47,880 bases of DNA from Pelomyxa schiedti (taxonomy: Eukaryota; Protista; Evosea), in NCBI GenBank assembly GCA_020536535.1, contig JAHLWZ010000916.1, positions 1-47,880 of the forward strand. Direction: 5' to 3'. Below the pieces are notes generated by a model that saw only the letters and a list, made by a program, of their open reading frames with translations, did not search any database and was not told the DNA's origin. Below, in pieces: positions 10,860-22,245 of this stretch; position 1 is the stretch's first letter; each line of letters starts with the position of its first letter. Position numbers and translations under genes: made by a program.

Positions 10860-13349
10860 ATGGACGGCGAGGAGTCCCCGGCAGCAACTGCGTTGTCGAC
10901 AACAACTGCCACCACGACGACCACGAGCGCGGCGGCGCAGAAGGAGACGGGCACGGGCACGGGCACGGGCACTGGGGCGTGGTTCGACGTGTCGCGGGAG
11001 GCGCCGCGGTTCGCGGGGGAGCAGAGCGCGTTCGAGTTCCAGCACCGGCTGGTGGACGCGGCGAGCGGGTCGGCCGTGAGCCGCGTGATCAACGCCGGGC
11101 GGGGGAACCCAAATTTCCTGCTGACAACTGTCAGGGACGCATTCGCCCAGCTGCTTTTGTTCGCGACGTATGTTGTTGCTGTCCCGCGGGTTCATTATTA
11201 TGGGATCGGGGTGGTGTGGGTGTTCGGGAATATGGCTAGTATTATATTTATACATAACGGTTTATTCTATGGAGTAATTTTTGAACAGGTTTGTTGCGGA
11301 ATCAGGGGAAGGCCTCCCGAGGGGACTAAAAGTCAGGCCAGATAAAAGGGGGATTGCAAAGAAACTGCAGGATTGGCTGCACAAAAATAGTTCCTCCAAT
11401 GGTTCCGCATTCCTAAGCAGTGCAATAAGCTTCATACATGAAGTATGTAGATGACTTCCCGTTATGTGTGACTTATCTCCAAAATGCAGAAGCTGGACTT
11501 GGAAGCTGACGATATTGTCTTCGAACTTTTTGATGCTGCTCAAGGTGACTATTATCCCGTTCCACCCCAAATGCTGCCAATGACGGAATTAATTGTATTT
11601 CTTTTACTTGAGACTTTCATTTTAAAACTTTTTTGCTAAGGTGAGACAATACTTGAACTCGGTCCTTTTTCACAATCACCCACCCCTTGGGACGTTTTCG
11701 TTATTTGCTACGGAAGGCGCAACAGCAGCAATGATTTACCTGTTTAATACTGTATGGCCCATCAAAAAAAAGATGTACACTAAGGGTGCTTCAAGCTAAA
11801 AGTGAACCACATATTGGCTCCAGGAGACAAAGTTGCCATCATAACTCCGATCTTCTCTCCTTACCTTGAAATCCCTGGGCTCTCGGAAAATGGATTCACT
11901 CCTGTGTACCTTGTGCGTACAGTTCATTGTCTTATTTTATTTTTCTAACATACTTCTCTTGAAGTCTTGTCAGGAGAGTCTCGGTTGGCAGCTGGGCCCT
12001 GAGGAAATCGCCAAACTTCGAGATACAAGCATCAAGGCATTGTTCGAAGTGAATCCAGGCAATCCCTCATCCTACTCTATGTCAAGGCAAACTGTGACCC
12101 AGATTGCACAAGTTATCAGAGAGCACAATCCAAACCTCATCGTTATCTCTGATTGGTTTCCTAGCCCTGAACAATTTCATTCTTCTTACTGTACTTCCCA
12201 GTGTTTATGCCAATTTCGTGGACGAGTTTCACTCTCTTCTGCATGAAGTAAACCCGTGGTTTGTTTATCTTTCTCTAAAATTCCTCAGATACCACAAAAT
12301 GTGATTGGTGTGTACTCTTTCAGCAAGTACTTTGGAGTTACTGGATGGAGGTAGAAATTTCTTGTTCTTCCCAGAGATTTTCACGCCGTTCACAGACTTG
12401 GTGTAGTTATGGTGCACCAAAATACTGTACTGGATACTATGATTGCACAACTTCCGGATGAACAAAGAAAGGTTCTTCTGCCTCCAGATTTAAAACCCAA
12501 GAGTTAACTCTTTAACCACAGCAACTTGCAGCACGGTATAGAATAATTACCCCAAAACCAGATAAACTCAGATTCATGGCCCGACTTCAGTCGGATTCTA
12601 GATGTTTGGCACTTGGCCACACGGCAGGGTACTTCAAACACTTTCATTTCTAAGTATAAAAGTTTTTAAATTCTGAAAAACCCATTAGTTTATCGGGACC
12701 ACAGCAAGCCATCATGGGCTTGTTTGCCCTGCACGAACTGCTGGATGAGAAATGTTCATACAGAAACGTAAATGCCTGCATTTTCTCCGTTTTGGACTGA
12801 CCCAGAAAAAAGGCCATTCTTGGCATCCTGAGAGAACGCTGGAATAACTTACACAAAGGCCTGGGCGTGACACCCCCCGACACGCCGTCATTGACGCGGT
12901 ATTACGCTCTACTAAATGTACTATCCCTATTATTCCCGCTCCCTCCTAACTTGTATTGCTTAGATAGCACATCTCGCCGAAGACAAACACGGGAAGGAAT
13001 TCGCCACCTGGCTTGTACAGCACACATCCCTATTTGGGTTCCTTAAGGTACATCTCTCTTCCTCCTTCTTTATCCAGCACTTCCGGCGTCCGGCATTCTT
13101 TTTCCCCGTTCGTTCCATCCTATTCTAACACACAAACAAAACACACAACAGTTGCTAGCAGAGCGGCACTTTACAGTGTGCCTGCCGGGTACCAAATTTG
13201 CCGGGCCTGACTGGTCAATACGAGTGTCAGTGGCCAACGTGTGTGCCGAGGAGTGCACGCAAATAGGCAGCAACATTGTGCAGCTGTTGGCATACATGGC
13301 ACACAGGCATGCCACCGACAGCCACTTACTGGGTGATTTGGATGAATAG
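10860..13349 (+). CDS. asdA: L-aspartate 4-(beta)-decarboxylase / bifunctional aspartate aminotransferase, bacterial AsdA/AspD type, about 13 introns
   Basis: Spliced motifs SAFEFQHRL, INAGRGNPNF, GDYYPVPPQML, FATEGATAAMIYLF, PIFSPYLEIP, VNPGNP, SDCVYANF, YSFSKYFGVTGWRLGV (PLP lysine), SDSRCLALGHTAGLSGPQQ and LPGTKFAGPDWSIRVSVAN follow the motif order of bacterial aspartate 4-decarboxylases. Confidence 0.92.
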
Positions 13350-13463
13350 AAAGAGATACAAGCAAAAACAATATCCACTGGCACAGTGATAACAATCAAA
13401 AAAGATTACATCCAAAAACTCTTTGTTACAACCTTTTTTTACAATGATATTGCCTGGTCTGTG

Positions 13464-16400
13464 TTATGTACTGCTCTCACAGAGGCGAGATTTCTCTGCC
13501 AGTTGCTGTTTCCGTGTAAGACAAGAAGGGAGTTATTTGGAGATGGCTAACCTCCGGGTTTGATATCACTGTGAAGTGCGAAATGTAGTTGGCGACGTCT
13601 TGCTGAGGCTTGAGCTTGTATTTGGCGGACTGGCATTGCTGGAACTTCTGCAGGATTGAGGCGATCATTCTCATCTTGTCCCAGTTGACAAGCTTGGCTG
13701 TTGCGTAATCGGGATTTCCATCTTTAAATCGAGTCAGTCGGTAAATGAGAATTGGAAATACTGACCTTCAATGAAAGTCAAATCTTTCATCCACAAAGCT
13801 ACTTTCATGTGAGTGGAAACTGATATTGCAAAGCACGCACCAATGTAAGGAACAACAGGAAGGCCACACTTTTGTAAGTTGGAACGGTAATTACTCATAT
13901 TGGGTTGTAAAACATCAGCTAGAAGATCCTCCAGGAATTGCTTCTCAATTTTTGGAACAGACTTGGAAGAGGTTAGTATTACAGAATTAGGGCGTGAGGG
14001 ATTGAACCTGCCAAGTTTTCTTCAATCGTGTAATTGCAAAAGAACCCAGACCCAACCCAATAGCGTAATATGCGGTCCAGTTGTTCATGTCTTTGCAGAG
14101 CTAAAAATCTGTAAGAGAAGGCCACATATTTGAGGATTACTTGGGCAATTTGTATAAAGCGTCTTACTGTGCAAACTCTCTGCTTCGTGTTTGGGGTAAG
14201 AACAATTTCTGTTGATACCCACTGTGACACCTTTTTGTACAAGTTACACAGGGTGGAGGGGAAGGAGAGCTTTACAAAGTTGGTGTGAGTAATCATCTTG
14301 CATATGTTTGGGGACTTTCTCAGCCTTTCGGACTCATCCTTACTGTTCCACCCTTGGCGCATAAATTCACAAGTGGAGATTGCGAGAAATATTTGCGACT
14401 CCAATAATGTTAGTTGCCTAGCAACCTCCAGTGGGTGTAAGTCAGTGAATTCCGGGCGCTAGAAGGGGACTGAGAGGAGAACACAGAGTTTAGTGGCATA
14501 CCTGAGACTTGGGTCCAATGGGTTTGGGCCAGTCCGTTTTACTGTGCTGCCGCGAAGAAAAGGAATACAGTGTTGGAGCATCAGAAAATCGGCAAGATGT
14601 GGAAACCACAGGTGAACTTTGAAGGGCTAAGGAAACCGTAAGGGAGTAGCGGTTCGGGTCAGTTGTAGTAGCAACAGGGTCCCGCTGTTGCATCAGTGAT
14701 CTGTGATGCTGTTGTCTCGACAGCCTCCCAGTTGCCAAAGGCGCAGAAATAGAAAGATTGTCAAGTGTCTTCGAAAGGGAAGCAGAAATTGCAGTATTAT
14801 CTACTGTCGTCAAAGGAATCGGAGTGCAAGCTGACAGGGGTGCAGGCAAACGAGGAGAGGGCTCTGGAGAGGCAGAATGACCTCTGGATCTGCTATCTAC
14901 TGAAGTGCTTTTATCTTTGCACTTTATGACACCTCGTTCCATCATTGAATTGCCCAAAGCAATAACTTGTTCACGGTTGAGAAAAGGGAAATACTCTATA
15001 GTATAGCGGATAATTTCGTCGGCTGACTGAGGGTTGGTGCAAGAAGAAAAGGAACTCGCTCCTTACCATAGAAAGCTTTCTTGATGGTTTTTATTGTCCT
15101 CTTCTTGCTACTAACAATTGGACTCAAAAGCCATAATGTTTCCACGACTTCCTGGAAATTTTTGCTTTCCACTGCCATACAAGAGGGAGACAGTGGAACT
15201 GATTGCCCTTTGACAACCTAAAGAGTTGGTGAGTGCATTAAAAACAAAAAATTCCGTACTATTGTTGCTACAATATTTTTCTGTAAACATTCCAGGATGC
15301 AAGTTCCCCATTCAGCATGCTTTGGATACAGTTGAGATCGAATAAACTCTCTCAACAAATCCCCGATTTGGAGGATACTGGAATGGCTCTCTGCCCAGCG
15401 TTTGATGATATCGAGTACCCTAATTTCAATGTGAGAATCATGATTTCTTTCTTAGGTGTCCTTGGTCACACCTGGTTTGTATGATCTCTATTGGAGAACT
15501 ATACCTGAAATAAGGTTAAGAAAGTAGAGTATGGAAAAGATTGAGATCAAACTGATTGACTAAGTGAAGAAACAAGTCCGAGGATTCCATGAAATATTTG
15601 TGTGTAAGTAACAGAGTGTCTATATCAGTCACGCCTTTAGGATATTTGAGTTCGAGAATTAATTCCCTAGCTAGGGACTGTACGTGGACATGACACGCAA
15701 AGGTGAGCAATAAAATCCTCGGCAGTGCAAGAGTGTTCAGCATCACTATATTGGGTGGGAAAAAAAGAGTGAGGAAGTCTGGAATGTACGGTTTGATTTC
15801 CTACTAGGTGTGAGTGCAATAATTTTGTAGCCAAGGTACATACAGGACAGATAGGCTCCTCAGTGTTAATGACTGATGCACCACCATTACCGGTTGCAGG
15901 GCCAGAAATAGCTACACCCCTCTCTAGATTCTTGAGAAGTAAACATAAGTAACTTTCGGCGCTTACCCATGAGGCAGATAGCGTATTCCCAATGCGGAAG
16001 CGGGGGCTCGCTCATGGCCCTTTGTCTTCCCCCGCATTCCTCGTCATCACTACCAACACCCACACTCTCACAGCCCCTGCTAGCCACCACGGTTTTCTTC
16101 ATTTCGATTGCGCCGTAGCTGTACTGCCTCCATATTCCCCGTCCACCCTCTTCCTCATTCGCAGCAGCAGTGCCGTTGTTCAGCGGGTTTCCCCTCGTCG
16201 TCGTTGGCGGTGACGGTGGGTCGTTACACTGCGCTATGCCGTTGTTGATGCAACACGCAGCAAAAGCGGCTGTGCGAGAATACGCGTTGTGTGTAGACGT
16301 TGTAGTAGTGGAGAGTGTCTGGCCGTAGAGATGCACGGTTTTGCGCTTCTTCGGCTGCATCACAGACGTCACTGAACGCGACAAAGATCCGCTCGTTCCT

Positions 16401-16482
16401 ATCACCGCTGCATTGTGGCACAGTACAAGAGTCAGATCGGATTAAAAAAGAAATAACTGGTTGATAACAAACCAGTTGTCAT
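13464..16482 (-). CDS. Ras guanine nucleotide exchange factor (REM plus CDC25 domain), multi-exon
   Basis: REM motif DIDTLLLTHKYFMESSDLF; CDC25 motifs HPLEVARQLTLLESQIF, VSQWVSTEIV, PVVPYIG, KDLTFIEDGNPD and VNWDKMRMIA; ATG 16482 inferred via a short first exon; stop at 13464. Confidence 0.9.
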
Positions 16483-16757
16483 CACGGTATCTCTTCGAGG
16501 CCGCCTTTTTTTTTTTTGTTTTTTGTGTTGTGTTTTGTGTTGTGTTGGTGCATTTTTGCGTCACGTCTTCGTCGTTTCGTGTCAGGGCTTTCGTTGGGTC
16601 TATCAATCACATGTGCGGTTATGCGAAAATCAACTTCGGCCCCTTTGATGCCGCTGAAAAATCCTCAATGAAGGAACAACCTTCCTTCGCCTTTTCATAA
16701 CGGAATGAACTCCACTAAATCGAGCAAGATGATCGATTTGTGTTGTTGAGAGTGAGG

Positions 16758-18002
16758 TCAACTTTGGCACAATGAGTGGAGGCGAGGAGCTGATATTTTG
16801 GTGTGAGGGACGAAGGAAATCACCTCAGTGCCTGTCATTGGGTGATAAACCTTGACTGTGTTCTCCTGCTCCAAACAGCATAGAAAGCCCTGGCAGCAAC
16901 AAAGTAATTGATAAGGGCAGGACTTTGGTTGGCAGTTCAGAACTTTACAAGGATTCTTTGCGTCGGTGACCGAGTACACACTCACTGATGTGTCACTGTC
17001 ATGCACAACAAAGTGGGAGTCATCAAGCTTCACTGGGAGCCTCATGAATTTATTCAGCACTGTGTTGGAAGGAAGACTCACCAAGCAGTATTCCACACTG
17101 CCACTCCTTTTATTACCAGTTGTATTGGTAGTCACAGTTGCTGGCAGTATTATTGCACTTGTTACTGGGTGCCACATTGGCCCCTTGCCAACCTCAAAAG
17201 GGGTCGTTATGTGATTCACAGGATTAATCACACCACCACTCACAAAAGTGTTTTCCAAGTCTATCTGGAAAAACCTTGTTTTACCCTTCTTTTTTTGTAC
17301 AACGGAGAGCTCATCCCCACCTCTAATTAGCCCCTTCTCATGAAACAAGCAAGTGAACTCCACATGCTGCAATCCAGATAGTGGCACATACTTGCTCCAC
17401 AAAGGAGGACAAGGAGCCATCCCGGCCTCATCCCCATCGTCACTCCTCCTCATCCTCTCCAAAATGAACCCATGGCGCTCACGGAAGCACACAATCCACT
17501 TGTGATTAGCGATGATATCCTTGTCATAGGCCCTCATGACCCCAGGGAAGTCAGCCACCCCCCACAGCGTCCTCGTGGCGTCGTTTCCCTCCACCCTCTG
17601 CACCTCGAATCCACGCCTCTGCTCGTAGACGAGGGTGCGGGGGTCCGCCCACACCCCGGTCCCTATTTCCCTCGTGCACAGCGACGCGGACACGAGCCCC
17701 AGGGTGGGCGAGACCACGAGGAACAGGCTCGCGTGGGCCCGCGGGTCCGCCCCGGGGACGGCGAAGTCCGAGTGGGCCGACACCACCAGGCGGTGGGCCG
17801 GGGCGAGGACCCAGCGCGGGCCGATGTGGTCCGAGAGCGAGCAGCGGGTGAGGAGCCGGGCGGGGCTCCGCGACCCGCAGCCCGCGGGGAGCAGGGCCGC
17901 CGCAGCGAGCGCGACGAACTGGGCCCGCGCGTCGATGTACCCAGAGAGGCCCTCGATGTCCCGGAGACGGGCGGCCGGCTGTGGCGAGTGCCTGGACGCC
18001 AT
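16758..18002 (-). CDS. Intronless uncharacterised family protein, copy B1 (ARAQFVAL...CGSRSPA box)
   Basis: 414-aa ORF with DARAQFVALAAA, GCGSRSPARLL, IGPRWVL, VVSPTLGLV, ANHKWIV, DDSHFVV and HPMTGTEVI. Confidence 0.82.
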   Translation of the reverse strand: MASRHSPQPAARLRDIEGLSGYIDARAQFVALAAAALLPAGCGSRSPARLLTRCSLSDHIGPRWVLAPAHRLVVSAHSDFAVPGADPRAHASLFLVVSPTLGLVSASLCTREIGTGVWADPRTLVYEQRRGFEVQRVEGNDATRTLWGVADFPGVMRAYDKDIIANHKWIVCFRERHGFILERMRRSDDGDEAGMAPCPPLWSKYVPLSGLQHVEFTCLFHEKGLIRGGDELSVVQKKKGKTRFFQIDLENTFVSGGVINPVNHITTPFEVGKGPMWHPVTSAIILPATVTTNTTGNKRSGSVEYCLVSLPSNTVLNKFMRLPVKLDDSHFVVHDSDTSVSVYSVTDAKNPCKVLNCQPKSCPYQLLCCCQGFLCCLEQENTVKVYHPMTGTEVISFVPHTKISAPRLHSLCQS

Positions 18003-18238
18003 CTACAAAGACCAATCAATCTCTGCCAATACTCTCCTGCGTGCCAGCACAGCTCGGAGAATCGAGAGTGTGATGGGAGACCGCAGTGATTGTGTGATGG
18101 GAGATCAGAGTCAGTTCCAGGTTGGGGTGACCTTGATTGGTCACTGGGTTGGGTGGGACCCATAAGACCACCAGTCGCTCCAAGAGATTTTCCATTGGCA
18201 GGTATTAGGCGAACACTGGCTTTTTTTTTCAACATCGA

Positions 18239-19738
18239 ATGCAGGGTCGCAAGAACGACTGCGATAACACGTATGGTCGTTGTGTGAGTTCAGACGGGCA
18301 AGTGTCCCTGGAACCAGTGCTCAGTGCCAAGTCACAGTTCGTTGCTGGCATCGGTCTGCACTGGCACCCTCGCTGCGGCTCACGCAGCCCAGCACACCTG
18401 CTTCCCACACAAGTCATATCGCACTTCATCGGGTCGCGATGGGTGATGGCCCCTCGCGCGGTCGTCAGTTTCATGGCCACCGGGAGATTGTGTGTTGGTG
18501 GCGGTGGCAGTGGCAGTGTATCGTACATGGTTCTGTGCTATGTGTCACACACAGGGGGCGTGGTCACTGGTCACGTCTGGAACGCCGAGGGAGACGAGTG
18601 GCGCCACGTTGTGGGATTGGTGGGTGACATCGGTGCCGGAATCCGCAGCAACGAGTGCGGTGGTGGGAATGAGTGTGATGGCGATGTTGACGTCGATGCC
18701 GTGGATGATGTTGATGACTCGGTGTGGGATGAAATGTGGGAGGACTCTGGGGCTTGGAGGAGTAATGCCGAACCAATCAAGAGAGTTGAGAGTGGGAGCA
18801 GGGTGGTGCAGCATGGGCCGTGGGTCGTTGGGGCCCTGAGGAGGGTGGGGCTGCGTGTGAGTGACATGGCTGCGGCGCCGAGGATGATAAATGACCTGCC
18901 GCTCGAGGCCTTGCACATTGGAGGTGTGTTCTGGGGGAAGCTGAGTGTGTGCTGCAATCGGAAGTGGATTGCCGCCGGGATGGTGGCCTCGGATTCTCTG
19001 GAGGTGTTTAGGGTTGCTGCTGGAAGTGGAGGCGCGATGGAGCTGAGTGCTCATGTCAGATTGCGGTGCCCATGTTTCCTGGCAATGAAAATGCGGGGCC
19101 CAGACACACTCGTTTTGTTGCTGCACAACGGTGGGCAGTTGCCATCATCGAATCTCAGGGAAACAGAAGGTGTCACACTGCTTTTTGTTGACCTGGAAGC
19201 AAGTGTTTCTGCGAAGGAAGTGAGGAGTGTCACGAGTATCAGTTTCCCCATGGAATCAGCAGAAGTAACAGAGCTGGTTTCGTGCAGTACCCTGGAGGAT
19301 TCCATCTGCTGGTCTCAGGAAGGGGATCCCTTCATTGTAGTTTACTGGCCAGAGAGTGGCAAGCTCGATGTGAGATCAAAGGATAGCTCTGTATCAGTGT
19401 TTTACCTTCCACGGGGTGATTTTAGTCGCCTGAGTGATGACACATTCTGCATATGGGTCAGCACAAAGAGGCGAGCTCATGTGTACAACATTACAGCGCC
19501 TTCAAAACCCATGTTCAAATTCTCTTACCATGGCAGAGGTGCATTTGCCACGGCATTCAGTGAGTTTGTTGTGTGCAAGGAGGTTGTTTCTGACCACAGA
19601 AGCACCACCAGCAATGGTCGGTCCATGCACCACTTTTATGACCCAGAAACAGGAGGAAAGGTCATGTCACTTGTGAGCAAAGTGGCCGAGGTGGTTTCAC
19701 TGCTCCCTGTTTCTGGTTGTTGTTCTTTTTCTATTTAA
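18239..19738 (+). CDS. Intronless uncharacterised family protein, copy B2 (AKSQFVAG...HPRCGSRSPA box)
   Basis: 499-aa ORF with SAKSQFVAG, HPRCGSRSPAHLLP, IGSRWVM, YVSHTGGVV, CNRKWIA, DDTFCI and DPETGGKVM; divergent from B1 across a 236-nt spacer. Confidence 0.82.
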   Translation: MQGRKNDCDNTYGRCVSSDGQVSLEPVLSAKSQFVAGIGLHWHPRCGSRSPAHLLPTQVISHFIGSRWVMAPRAVVSFMATGRLCVGGGGSGSVSYMVLCYVSHTGGVVTGHVWNAEGDEWRHVVGLVGDIGAGIRSNECGGGNECDGDVDVDAVDDVDDSVWDEMWEDSGAWRSNAEPIKRVESGSRVVQHGPWVVGALRRVGLRVSDMAAAPRMINDLPLEALHIGGVFWGKLSVCCNRKWIAAGMVASDSLEVFRVAAGSGGAMELSAHVRLRCPCFLAMKMRGPDTLVLLLHNGGQLPSSNLRETEGVTLLFVDLEASVSAKEVRSVTSISFPMESAEVTELVSCSTLEDSICWSQEGDPFIVVYWPESGKLDVRSKDSSVSVFYLPRGDFSRLSDDTFCIWVSTKRRAHVYNITAPSKPMFKFSYHGRGAFATAFSEFVVCKEVVSDHRSTTSNGRSMHHFYDPETGGKVMSLVSKVAEVVSLLPVSGCCSFSI

Positions 19739-19819
19739 GTTCTATACGAGGCACAACTTTGCTTCGTGGAAGTGTTTTCAAGTTTTTCATCAGAATTATC
19801 AGGTAGTTGCGTTACGTAC

Positions 19820-22245
19820 ATGATGCATCGTCACAGTGGCGAAGCCGAGAGAAGTGTCACCACTTCCCTGCTACACCACCACCCCTCAGTATGCCCAACA
19901 ACAACCCCCTGCTGCCCCTGCCGCCCCTGCGCCCTCGCCCGCGCCGTGTGGATCTCGCGCCTGGTTTGGGACCACGTTGCGTCCCCCGGGTGGCTCGACG
20001 GGGGCCTCGGCGAGCGCCGCGCCCTGGGCCCGGCCAGGCACCTGTGCCGCCCCCACCGCGGGCTGTGGGCCGCCGCCGAGGCCCTGTTCCCGCTGCGGGG
20101 CCTGCTGTGCCGCCGCGCCCTGCGCCTGGTCACCCGCGAGGGCGGCCGCACCGCCGGGACCTACCGCTCCCTCGCCGCCGCGGCGTCGGCGCCCAGCCCC
20201 GCGGGCGTCGCGTGGATCGTGGGCCACAGGAACGAGGGGGAAAAAAAAAACACAACACCCAGGGCCAGGGTGGGGGGCAAAAGCTATTCGCAGGCAGAGG
20301 CGGAGGACCAGGAAGGGGGGGTGATGATGGGAGGCATGGATTGCGGCGGCGGCGGGTGTATGGGGGAATGTGGGGATGGTGTTGTTGTTAAGGAGGTGGC
20401 GGCCGTGTTGCTTGGGTTGTGCTGTGGTGGGCACGTGGAGGAGGCGAGGAAGCTCATCGGGGATGGTGTTTCTCAGGGGTGCTGCACCGATGGCAATGCT
20501 AGGAGCAGTGGTGGGGCACAGCTAGCGATTGAGTGTGCGTTGCCGTCGCTGTGGGACGGGAGGTGTGTTGTGAGGTGGAAGAATGCTGCGTGGTGTTTGG
20601 GTGGGGGCGATGCGGCGGCGGGAAGAATCAAGCTAAGGGAGAAGGTGATCGAGTACGTTCGGGGTTCGTGTGGCCCACTCAATTTCATGTGGTGGGTGGG
20701 CGGCGAGAACCACGTTGCAGTTCTGAGGTGGCTGGTGTCTGTGCTTGGAATCGAGAGGAATTCAGCACCTTGGATTCTGTATCAGCAACTGCCTTCTGCT
20801 GTTCATGGTGGTAAGGTGGAAGTTGTGGAGTGGCTGTTTGGTGAGTATGACTTCACTGGCCTCCCAGATTTCGTTGTTTCCGAGCTAGCCTCTTTGTGTG
20901 CTCAAAGTCCCTCACCCAGCAGCATCAGGTGGTGGGTGAAAAAATTTCCAGCCCTGACTGCCACCTTGGATGACTACAGTGATTACATCCTGAAAAATAA
21001 ATGGAGCTCAGTGGAAGACTGCAAATGGGTAGTATCCAATTTTTGCGGTAATGAGGATGGGCCTGCTGGGTTTATGAAGAGTATTGAGGCAATTAAGTGG
21101 GTACTGACAACATTTAACATTGATGCAAGGGCAGATACATTAAATAAGCTCTGCGAATCTCTTGGAAATGTATCACTTACTGAGTGGCTTGTCTCAGAAA
21201 AGCACTTTGCCATCCCAGATGCAGCAACGTTTGTGTCTGCATGTGCAGCACCAAGGAAACGAGGATCCTCACTTGCAAGGTGGCTTTCAACGAGGGTGAC
21301 CCTCTCTCAGGCTGATATAATCACGTCTCTGACTGCAGCACTCCGATCTGGCAATATCGAGGTTGCAGATTTTCTGGCTGATAGGTTCCACGTGATGGAT
21401 GTAGTTAACTCCAGTGCTGAGATTGCCGGAACTACCCTTGTTGGTGTGTGCAATGACTACCGTGGAGTGGAAGGGCTGAAGTGGTTTATTCAGCACCTCT
21501 CAGAGCTTGGAATTATCAAGGAGAGCTCGATACAAGGGGCATTTGCTGCAGCACTTCAGTTCTCTGATAGGTTGGCTCTTGCTCTGTTGTTGGATACCTT
21601 CACTGAATTTCATCCACAATGTTATCCCCCCCTATTCAAGAAACTTGTGATAAAATTCATGACAGTGGGGCTGGATACTCTGAAACGCCTCCTTGTGTTT
21701 ACTCCAGCCTCTTCCCTGCCCTTACCCACAACAGAGTTTGTGGCCAGGTGTTTGACTTCAGGGAAATTCCAGCCATACTCCAGCAAAAGTGTCAAATGGG
21801 TCATCCAGCAGTTCCATTTGCAGTATACCCACATCAACGCCAAAAACAACTCCCTACTGTTCAAGCTGTTTAACAGAAGGAAGAACAGGTGTGCTGAGTG
21901 GCTCATTGACTCATTCCACATCCCTTTCTCTGATGTGTGTGTTCTCCAAATCCTCAATTGAAAGCTAAAATACCACAGGTTGTTGAGATGACGAAGTGGT
22001 GCAGGGAAGACACGGCAATTGACCTGGCAGGCTGGCAGTTGCTTTTGAGGAAGTACCACGGCAACATCAACACAGAGGTGATTCACCAAACCCTGATGCC
22101 AATTGTGACAGTGTCACCACACATTGCACTCAACACTATTCACCATCATGGAATTACAGTAAGGGACATACAAGAATACTTCATAGGTGTTGACACTGAA
22201 TGCTCACCCACACAGCTATTATTATGGCTCGCAACGATTTCATAA
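19820..22245 (+). CDS. Degenerate ankyrin-like helical repeat protein; one intron near 21934-21979
   Basis: Long ORF with recurring GHVEEARKL, NHVAVLRWLV, GKVEVVEWLF, GNVSLTEWLV, GNIEVADFLA and GVEGLKWFI repeats; a GT..AG intron joins the 731-aa and 102-aa ORFs. Confidence 0.75.

Noticed and set aside
17472-18235. Multiple long overlapping ORFs in GC-rich zones (also 19807-20434 and 40399-41362)
   Set aside because: Shadow ORFs caused by high GC and stop-codon scarcity opposite real genes; low-complexity Pro/Arg/Gly translations.
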